Positions 48,183 through 60,000 of a DNA stretch of 64,000 nucleotides are shown here, piece after piece (the first letter of the stretch is position 1; each line of letters starts with the position of its first letter). This DNA comes from Tubulanus polymorphus. Lineage: Eukaryota > Animalia > Nemertea. Below the pieces are notes generated by a model that did no database searches, was not told the DNA's origin, and was given only the letters and a program-made list of their open reading frames with translations. Both the position numbers and the translations under genes were made by a program. The stretch is taken from assembly GCF_964204645.1 (NCBI RefSeq), contig NC_134027.1:12122485-12186484 (forward strand), written 5' to 3'.

Positions 48183-51100
48183 TGACCATAAGGTAATGTT
48201 TTTATACCATCATCTAAAATATGCCTTTTATCATCAAATGGATTCAAACTAGTTTTTTCAACTTCATTAATGTATATCTCGTGATATTCTGATCTTAAAC
48301 AATTCATTTTGTGTTTCATTACAATTGAGTTATATAAACACTTTATATAATCTTGAAATTCTATATGTTTATCAACCACATGTTTTGTTATTCCTTTTAA
48401 CTTTTTAGCTTCATGATCTTTTGTTCTATAACTATGCATTTTACTTCTTATCCCAACAAATTCAATCATTTCATCACCCCCTAATTCATCTTTAAACTTA
48501 CCAGGAATCTTTTTATTATCATTGCTAAATAGTTCATGATCTTTGGGATAATTGCTAAAATCAAAATGATGTTTTAATGTTTTTAAGTCTTTTGTTATAT
48601 CATTTGTCTTGATTTTTAGTATATACGCATCCGTATTGAAGCAAATTAATGGAAATCCACAGTTAAATAAACCATCTTCAGTTGATAAATCATAAACATA
48701 ATCTGATGGGTTATGTATTTCAAATAAATCTTTAACCTCTTCAGTTAAATCTTTTTCTGTGTGGCTTAGCTTAAAGCAATTTGGTTTAGATTTAATCAAT
48801 CCAATATTCATATTGAAGCCTAATGAATTACATAATATATTTAACCCTGATATAGCAACTTTTCCTTTCTGTGCAAAGGTTATCTTTTTATCTTTTGTAA
48901 ATTTTTTAGCACCATCTGCTGCATAGAATCCAATGAAGAACCATTTTCTTAAATTATTTTTTGCATTTAATACATAATCTGGAACTATCTTTTCTTTTGT
49001 TGAAGTATTACTTTTCACTATTGCATGAATATAGAATTCATCATTATATTTTATAGCAAAATCTTTAGGATTATTTATAAGTATTCTATAAACTGCTGAT
49101 GATTTCATAACATCCATGATTCTAAATGTTTTATGTGAATAAACTTCTTCACAGAATTTCTTAATTCTTTCTAATAATTTTAAGTCTTGATTGCATAAAT
49201 ACCAACAATATTTATTACCCCAAACATAATTATACACACCTGCTGAACCATCTCCCATGAAAAATCCTTTGATAAAATATTCTTTTTCTTCTAATGTTTC
49301 GGTTTCTATGTTATAAATATTATCAATTATTTCATCAAATGACATATGATTCATTCTTTGGAAAAATCTTTTATGTAATAATTCATCTCCAATTTTTATA
49401 TCAGTTGGTTTTATTTCATTACCATTTCGTTTAATTAAACTATGATCTTCTGTAACATCTACAAACCCTAATTTAGTTCTAACTCTATAAATTTTCTTAT
49501 TTGTTTTATGCCTAATAATATTCTTTAATTTTTTCCATCCATTTCTTGTCCAAACATCCATTAAACCATTTATTTGTATTAATTCTTTTTCACCATATGA
49601 AATATAACATTCATTTTGTTTTGGAATTATTTCTGAAATTCTTCTTACCAATATTTTATTATTACATTTTAATAATATTGGGGTGTCAGCTGTTACAGAA
49701 TCAAAATATAATATTTCAATATGCTTTTCCCCAAAAAGTGGTTGTAAAACATTATAATAAAAATCATACATTAATAATTTTGATACTTCTAAAACAGTTG
49801 AACCAATGAATATAGGTTTATCAAATTTCATTGACGTTCTTTTTAATTTAACTGCTGTTAAATAATCTTCAAATCTTTTATTTCCTAAATGTCTAGGACT
49901 TGATTGTAAATGTCTTAATCTTTCAGAATTATTTACTAATTCAATATCATTTCTATTTCTAATATTTTCACATGTTTTACAATAAAAACTATTGTTCATT
50001 AATTTAAAAAAATCTTTTTCAAAATCTGTTTTTGATATGGTACTCTGTTGAGTATTAAAATCTATATATTTTTCTAACCACTTCGATTGATTAAATTCAA
50101 TATATCTATGTACTTTCTTTAATTTCATTCCTTGTTTCAGATAAAATTTTAACATTCTATAATGAACAATATAATTGTATTTATTATTTTGAGTAAGTAT
50201 TAATTTTTCTGTAAAAACATGATCTTTCGGTTTTATTTTCTTCTGGTATTCACTTAAATAACTATCATCTACAGTTAAATGTTCTGGGCAATAAGGTAAG
50301 TTTCTTGTTTTAACCTTTATATTTTCAGGATATTCTAAATCAACTACAAAGAAATAACCAATTGGTGCTTCATCTTTTAAACTCGCAATTGCGCTTTCCC
50401 AATCAGTTTTATCATCATTTTCAACTTCTGTTAATATAAAATTTTTATATGGTTGAGGTTGCATCATTGCCCAACCATATAAATTATTGGTGTCAATATA
50501 TAATAATTTATATTAATCATTTGCTGTAAAATACCTATCTCCCATAACACCACTAATTCCACCTCTAATTGATTTTTCAAATAATAAAACCATATCTGGT
50601 TCTTTTAATAAATCTAATTCTACATTTGTATATTTTAAACCACATTGCCAGGTTAAACCAGGACTTGAATAACAATAACAAGGATCAACATTAAAATGAT
50701 TCAAATTAACTTCTCTAAATTTTTCAAATATGTCAGCCAATATCATAACATCTGATTTTAAATATAAATCAACTAATTCACCATGATTTTTCATCTTAAA
50801 ATGGTTCCAAATATTTAATTTTCTATTAAACACTTCGTCTTTCACATACTCCTCTTTTAATTGATCATAAAATTGATCTTTTAATAATTCTGTTACATTA
50901 AAATCATTGTGTGTTTTATAAAATGAATAAGGAATTGCGCCTTTATATCTCAATAATTTAAAATCTTGTTCATTTGGATAATAATATCGAGTTATAACAA
51001 AATCATTATCAACTAAACTTTTTGATAAATTATCTAATGAACTTGCTAGAAATCTATAAGAATCTAAAAATCTAATGCAACCAAATTGAAATGAAATATA

Positions 51101-53241
51101 ATTTTCAGATGTTTTAGCTAATAGTTTAAAATCATATTTTCTTACATTTACACCATTCATAGCATTATATTCTTCTATTTCTTGATTAATTGTACCCAAT
51201 TTCTTTGATAATTGTTTTATAAATAGATGGGTATCATAGCCTGATAAATTATGAAATAATATTGGTACGAAATTAACTTTCTTAGCTTGTAAATTGCAAT
51301 CTTCATGAGCAGCTCCACGATATTTTGAATTTAAATGATCATGATCTCTAACTTTTTTATCAAATGAATAAAAACGTTTTTCACAATAACAACAATGAGT
51401 TGCATAATTAAAATCAATTTCATCTTCTTTTGTCATAACTATTCTTTTATTTTTGTTTAATAATTTTGCAAAATCACTTTCTAATTCAATCATTTTATCA
51501 CAAAAAGCATTAACTACATTTTCACCTCTAAAAAAATATATTGACTTTCATATAATTCGGGATAATTTGATTTGATGTAAATTCCATAAGCAGCAGCTCT
51601 TTGATGAACTTTTTTAATTGTATTTATAATTGGTGGGTCTTGTATTGTGTCTTCATTTAATTCATTTCCTTTATCCATTGATTTTAATAATTGCTTTTTG
51701 TTATATATTTCTTTTCTATCTTGATCAGTTAATTCTTTATTCAACGATTCAAAATCCCCATAAATTACAAATGGAACAATATTCTTAAATTTATGATTAG
51801 TAAATTTCAATTTATAATCTTTTTCTGTTGGCATTATTAATTTGCAAAAATCTTTATTATCACATAATTCTTTATGTTTTAATAATGTATTCTCTGTCAT
51901 AAATTTAGATAAACATTTTCTACATAGATAAATTTTATGATGATGATCACTTTCTGTTCTAAAGAATAAATCAATTTGTTTTAACCACATATAATGTTCA
52001 TTTTCATCTTTTTTGTAATATAACAAATCTATAGCATTTTCATCATCATAATATTCTGTTAAATATAAAGCTTCCAATGTATAATCTTTAATATTTTCAC
52101 CTTTTGTCTTTGGTAATTGCATTAATTCAAATACATTTATTTTTAACTTATTAATTTTTTCTATTTTGGGTATCATTTTTATAGTTACTGGATATTGATC
52201 AATTTTATATAATGTTTCATATTTCCGATAATCTGTTATTCTACAAACATTTTCCTGTGTTGGATGTGAACAACTAATAATTGACCATAGAAAACATTTA
52301 TTATCTTCATTTTGAACATTTATTACTGCTTTTGTTGTAAATGGTAATTTAATATAAGATGATGCTTTAATATCCTTTTCTGTTGTAAAGTTTGAATCAT
52401 TTTTAAACATTTTATTACTTTTTGATGTTTTATTCCTTATTGTATTGTAAACATTTAAATCTAAATATATAATTTCATTCAATGTTAAGCCAGAACCCTC
52501 AAAATATCTTTCTTCAATATGACGTTTAAATTCATTGAATATTTTTTCTAACTTCTCTTTTATTTGCGTTTTTGAAATTATTTCTTCAGAGAGTGTTTGA
52601 ATATTATAATCCATTTTTTCTTCTGACTTTATAAAACTTACTTTCCCAGAGATACTAATTTTTGGATATTCAACATCTGTTATCAAATCTAGTATTTTTT
52701 CTATTATTTCATTAAATTTACTATAATCTTCTATTGTTGTACCTTTAAAAAATCTAAATATAATAGCTGCAGGACCAATTTTACTATGTAATGTTTCTAA
52801 AATTTCAATTGTATCTTTTATTTCTAGTGAATCAATATAATTTCTAACATTTTCCATGTAAGGTTTATTTGAAATGGATTTAGTTTTTGAATTTGGTTTT
52901 TTTACTTTTTGAGGTTTATCGTTAAAATAATCTTTTCCTAAAACATTATTACTCAAATTTTGGTGGTGTTTTTGTGATTCGAGATGTCTATTATAATTCC
53001 TTTTTACTATAAATTCATTACAAACTTCACATTTTATTTCATCCACATTCATATTTTCTAATCTTTCTTTTCTTTCATTGGAATTTTCTGGAGTTTCAAA
53101 ATCTATTACATTTTTTATATGATTTGCAGTTTTTTCATGTCGTGTTTTATTAGATCTATCCACGTATTTTTTACAATATGTGCAATAATATTGATTTTTA
53201 TTAACATTATTGTTTTCTGGCTGGTGTTCATTCTCCCCCAT
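48179..53241 (-). pseudogene. Protein-primed family B DNA polymerase (pPolB) with intein; one frameshift (~51530) and one in-frame TAA (50513-50515)
   Basis: YGDFES (exo I), FHNLSGYD, FLDSYRFL, YLKSDV, YIDTNNLYGWAM (motif A, read through the stop), KLMNNSFY.K (motif B), YFD/TDA (motif C split by the intein), GKFKDE, KLKGI, DDKR. Confidence 0.95.
48635..49699 (-). mobile_element. Intein (355 aa) with LAGLIDADG homing endonuclease inserted in pPolB motif C
   Basis: YFD|SVTADTPILL...VTEDHSL (block B TxxH)...FIKGFFMGDGS...FFIGFYAADG...YVYDLSTE...LICFN|TDA; removing it restores YFDTDA. Confidence 0.95.
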
Positions 53242-53325
53242 TTATTAGGGAAAAAATTACTTGTGGTGATGAGTGGTGTCTCGTCCTCTCGTCCTCTGAT
53301 CTGAAAGCCCACTTTTCCAATTACT
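53236..53325 (-). repeat. Right terminal inverted repeat of the Polinton
   Basis: Reverse complement of the left TIR; followed by TSD TCAATG. Confidence 0.95.
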
Positions 53326-53337
53326 TCAATGAACTAC

Positions 53338-54194
<857 letters not shown>

Positions 54195-57093
54195 GAACCC
54201 GTGCAGCTGGATGCTTTTTAATTAATTTTGCAAGGTGGATTGTAGGATTAGCTACGCTACCACCAGCGTCATCTATCGAACATAAATTGAAGCTTTAGCC
54301 AGCTTATAGAGCCAAATATCATTGGACTTTATTTAAGCTTTTTGGCTTTGCTAATTTCGTGACTCATAATAATGAATAATGAAAAAAACCCTCATCAACT
54401 TTTGATATTTGAGTGAGGTGACGGTAAACTGATACCTTAATTCCATAGGCCCACAACGGCAACCCGATGTGGGACCGTGTTACGTTAGGCGTAATGCACG
54501 TGGAGTGAGGGAGCGAGGACCAATCCACCCAATCGCATAATCACGATTCACAGTGAATCAATTTGTGCCCAACAACGGCAGCACCACAAAAAAGTCAGCA
54601 GAGAAAGAAAGAAGAATGACAAGTCAGTCAAACGTTAAAAAACACACGGACCGCGGAGGGAAAATCATATAATCAACTGAGTTGGTACAATATTAATAGA
54701 TACATTAAAGTCGCGTACCTCTAATAACTACCAGTAAGAATCCAGTTTTGATTTTTCGGGATGGTTTCGCCTTTTTTCGTTATTTTGCTTGTACTAAAAA
54801 CCGTCAGGAAATTAAAATACAGTTTTTTAGCTCCGCTGTGACCGAAGGTCAGCGGAGCTGATGGGTTAGGGGGTTCGTCGTCGTCGTCCGTCCGTCCGTC
54901 CGTCCGTCCGTCCGTCCGGTGTTCGGTGTCCGGCGTCAACTTTTTCTTTATATCCCTACTAGTCCTACAGTTCTGATGGGATCTTGATGAAACTTGGTAT
55001 GAATGATCTATGGGGGAGTGCCTACAAAAGTACAGAGCCATAATTTTGATTTTGCATAAATTATGCAAATTAGGGCTATTTTTAGATTTTCACTAAAATC
55101 GCTACTCCTCCATCGATTTTCAGCGGATTTCAATCAAACTTGGTATGAATGATCTATGGGGGAGTGCCTACAAAAGTACAGAGCCATATTTTTGATTTTG
55201 CATGAATTATGCAAATTAGGGCTATTTTTAGATTTTCACTTAAATCGCTACTTCTACTTCAGTTTTCAGTAGATATCAACCAAACTTGGTACGAATGATG
55301 TATGGGGGAGTGCCTACAAAAGTATAGAGCCATACTTTTGATTTTGCATAAATTATGCAAATTAGGGCTATTTTTAGATTTTCACTTAAATTGCTACTTC
55401 TACTCCAGTTTTCAGTAGATTTCAACCAAACTTCATATGAATGATCTATTGGGGAGTGCCTACAAAAGTATAGAGCCATATTTTTGATTTTGCATAAATT
55501 ATGCAAATTAGGCCTTTTTTAGATTTTCCTTTCAATCGCTACTCCTCCAATTTTCAGCGGATTTCAAACTTAGTATGAATGTTTGTATAGGGGATTGTCT
55601 AAACCAGTATAGAGCCATATTCTAGATTATGCATAAATTTTGCAAATTAGGGATAATTTTTTTAGATTTTCACTTAAATCGCTACACCTTCTTCAGTTTT
55701 TATCAAATTTGAATTAAAGTTTTTATGAATGATCTATGGGATGATGCCTACATAAGTATAGAGGATGTTTTGCAAATTAGTTCTATTTATAGATTTATCT
55801 TGTTAAATGACTGCTTCTTCGGTTTTCAAACCGAACTTGGTATAAATGAACAATGGATGGGAGAGCCATATACTATAGCCTACTTCATTTGCAATAGTTT
55901 TTCAATTTCTAAAACTTTTGTGCTATAATATTATCGGTATAAATAAATTCAAATGCCTTTTATCGTAAGTAAGGATACAAGATGGACTGCAAGTTGGACC
56001 GTTCAGCATTGCCATTATTTGAAGTAAGTTTCTGAAGAAGCCTACACTAGTTCTAACCATATAAGTAATCATTTATTGCATTTCGTGTTGACTTTTGTTT
56101 GTGATTCTGGCAAATTTTCTTAGAAAAAAGCATTGAGATTGCACTAGGGCCTATTACGTGCAGAACATCTAGAGTCAATTTATATAAAAGATGAACATGG
56201 ACATTATAAAATCAAAATTTTATTTGATAACTAATTTCTTTATTGTGATGTAATTAACATATTATATGTGATGAGTTTACTAGTAGTTCCACATAAAATG
56301 TTACGGTTTATTTCTAACTAAATGTGCACAACAGTTAGTGCATGTTAAACTTTTACACCCTGCATGGTTTTGTTTTTGTTAAAAATAAATATGCATTTAT
56401 TGAACTAATCAAAATAACAACAATACAGATATTAAAGGTTTTTTGTCTATGTAGCCATTGTCTGTTTCTGTATGATAGCTGTGATTGATTGAATTCTGTG
56501 TGTTTAAAAAGTAGCTGGTACAGCAATTAGGCCTAATTTTGTATGATTCTGCAATGTATGATTCTGCAATTGAAAGAAACAGGCGTTTGAATATGTTTGT
56601 TCACTGTTACTAATTACATTTTTGTTTTACAGATTGCTGTGTAATATAAAGGTTTTTAGGTATGATAATCATAGGGCACACAAAATCCAGAAGGATTTAG
56701 CAATATAAGTGAAATGCATTTTCATATTTGTATGAACTTGCTTGTTTTTTGGAGTTTCAATACTATGTATTTCCTTCTGTATCATTTTGTTGCACGATGT
56801 AATTTAATTTTCTCACATTGTGAATAAATTTTATGATTGAGTTAAGATTTTGTGTGCCAGATTTACTAACAACTAACAATTTTATTACCATGAACATTAA
56901 ATTACTTGGTATTCTCATCACATGTATTGGTTTTCTCTTGAATTATATCATGATAATTGCTTTTGTTTACTTATATTCGAGAAGATCTTTGTAATATGTC
57001 AAACTAATCCTATACTTCATGTGTATCTTAATATTATTGTTCTATTTTCAGTGAATTTAGTAGTACTTATATGTAGTGATATAAATTCGCAAA

Positions 57094-60000
57094 ATGCCAC
57101 GTAAAACGAAAAGGCTTAAACAATTGTGCAGTGCCAGACAGACAGCCAAGGTATTAATTGTAATCTAGTAATAATATATTTAATTAATAAGCATTATTAT
57201 TCATTTTTTTTTAGACTTCAAAACTACACTTGATATTTTGGTTCATACTCCGCAACTATGTAAATGATATTAAATTTAGTTGCATTCTCTTGTAGGTTAA
57301 GGCACATACAGAACCAGAGCCGATAGCCAGCGATGCCAATCCATTGGAGTATCATCTCCACAAACAAAATGAGACTGAGGAGTATCCTCTCCCTAATAAA
57401 AAAAAGGAGTGTGTGGAGTATCCTCTCTGTGAAAAAAAGGAGTGCTTAAAGACATGCTCAAAGACATGCTTAAAGACATCTAAAGATTTTTGCTTGCCGA
57501 AACTCGTGAATGTATCTGATGCTTCTTCCTCAGAGAAGTGTATTAATACAGATAAATTCAGTAATGTAAGTTCAGAAATTGTTTCGAGATTCTCACCTTA
57601 TGCTATGTGCGTGAGAGGTCATTTTCACCAAGGTGATACAAAGTTATTTAGTGCATTATCAGTTGGAAACCAGTGTACATGTAATGCATTAGTCAGTCTT
57701 TGTAAACTACCATCTTTGAGTAGGGTAACAGCTAATGATATTGACCAGGTCCTCTTTCAAGGTGACTCTTTGTACATTAGTGTCAGAATGAATCAGTCCA
57801 ACAGATATTTAAGTTTTGATGAACTGCCATTATTTATACCAGTTGATAGACCTAAGTACAGAATAAATAGGCTTTCTAGCTACTATGTGAGTTATGACAA
57901 CATAGAAAAGGCACATGGGATATTTCATTCTCTTTGTGCTGCTATAACTCAATCATTATCTGATTCTATAACGGTTCTTGTCATGATTGGTGAATTTGCA
58001 ATAGCAATATACAGTTTAAGTGGAATGTATTTTGTATTTGATTCTCATAGTCGAGACAATTATGGAAACTTTGTTGATGACAGTACAGGTACAGCAGTTT
58101 TACTAAAGTTTCCTAACTTGGATGAAATAAAGAAGTATTTGAGATATTATATTTTAACCTGCTGCAGTCAACAGCATCGTTCTTGTGAATTTTTACCGAT
58201 CAAAATTGAAAATGTCGAGGAGAGTAAAAATGAATCTAGTCTAGCAAATTATGTATTCGATCAGAAGATAAAAAGACAGGAGTATATTCGTCTGTATAAG
58301 CAGAAACAGAGACAAGATGAGGCATTTAAAACAAATGAAAGAACTTGTAAACATAAAGCTAGAATGATCCCTGAGAAAAGAGCGAGTGAACAGATCCAAG
58401 GTAGACAAAGTAAGCAAAGAGCTAGAGCGATACCTGAAAAAAAAGCAGCTGATCAGCTTAGTAAGCAAAAAGCTAGAGCGACACCTGAAAAAAAGGCAGC
58501 TGAACGAATTCACAGTAGATTAAGTAGGCAAAGAGCTAGAGCGATACCTGCAAAAAAAGCAGCTGAACACCTTAGTAAGCAAAAAGCTAGAGCGACACCT
58601 GAAAAAAAGGCAGCTGAAAATATTCACAGTAGATTAAGTAGGCAAAGAGCTAGAGCGATACCTGCAAAAAAAGCAGCTGAACAGATTCACAGTAGATTAA
58701 GTAAGCAAAGAGCTAGAGCGATACCTGAAAAAAAGGCAGCTGAAATGATTCACAGTAGATTTAGTAAGCAAAAAGCTAGAGCGATTCCTGAAAAAAAGGC
58801 AGCTGAACAGATTTACAGTAGATTTAGTAAGCAAAAAGCTAGAGCGATTCCTGAAAAAAAGGCAGCTGAAATGATTCACAGTAGATTAAGTAAGCAAATA
58901 GCTAGAGTGATTCCTGAAAAAAGAACAGCTGAACAGACTCTGGACAAATTAAGGAAGCAAAAGAAACGAAATGAAAGCAGTTTCAGACAAAATGAAGTCA
59001 AACAAAAACGAAAGACTAGAGAAAGTGACCTATATAAAGAATTTGAAAGAGAAGCTAAAGCCGCAAAAAGAGCATTATTTAGAGAAAATGAAATAAATTT
59101 TGCGAATGCAGAAGATATCAGCTCTCAGTGTTCGACAAATTCGAATTTTGCTACCAAGCGAAAATGTGATTTAATGAAAGTCATTGATAAATTTCATGAA
59201 AAGATTTCAATTGGTCCAATATATGTGTGCACATGCTGTCACCAGACCTGGTTCCAACATTCAGCACAGAAATCTTCATTATTAACCTCTAAGTTATCTG
59301 ACAAACTAAAAGAAAAATGTATTACTGGAAAGATTTCAGTTAATGATGAACAATGGCTGTGTGTAACATGTGCAGAATCATTGAAAAAGAATAATGTGCC
59401 AAAGCTATCTGTGGCCAATGGATTGTCATTCCTGGAAAAACCAAAAGAATTGGAATTATTTCTTAGAATTCCTTTTATGAGTTTGTATGAATTACCGAGA
59501 GGTGGTCAATATCAGCTGCAGGGATCTGTTGTGAATGTTCCAGTTGACATTGCTCCGACTGTTCAGTCATTGCCAAGAAATGTTGACACAGCTGCTACAG
59601 TTCCAATAAAGTTAAAACGCAAGCTCAGTTACAAAACAGCAGTATTACAACAGAATGTTAGGCCTTTAGCTGTATTAGCTGCTCTACACTATTTGATGAG
59701 AACCACTCTGTATAAAAATGCAAACATAAACATTGATGAGAACTGGTTGAACACAGTTTGTGAAGAGCAAGGTATCATACCACCATCTGAACCTGAAAAT
59801 GATTATGCCAGTGATAGTGATTCTGATGCTTTTAGTGAAATAGACCCAGATGAGAATCCAACAGGAAATCAGGATACTATGTTAGATGAAGCAAGCATTG
59901 ATTCTGTAAGGGTTTTGACATATGCTCCAGGTGAAGGTCAGAAACCATTGAGTCTGTTCCAAGATAAAGATGCCGAATATTTATCATTTCCCACAATATA

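Larger units (their letters stand above)
36990..53325 (-). mobile_element. Complete Polinton/Maverick-type endogenous virus (16,336 bp)
   Basis: TIRs AGTAATTGG...CCAATTACT; TSD TCAATG at 36984-36989 and 53326-53331; pPolB, rve integrase, A32-like ATPase and capsid genes; intronless and much more AT-rich than its flanks. Confidence 0.97.

Noticed and set aside
50513-50515. Alternative genetic code or programmed TAA read-through in the Polinton
   Set aside because: TAA is the normal terminator of most genes in the element, so scattered nonsense mutations are the simpler explanation
36990-53325. Contaminant or misassembled free viral/bacterial contig
   Set aside because: The perfect 6-bp TSD and a host intron that rejoins across the element show genuine integration
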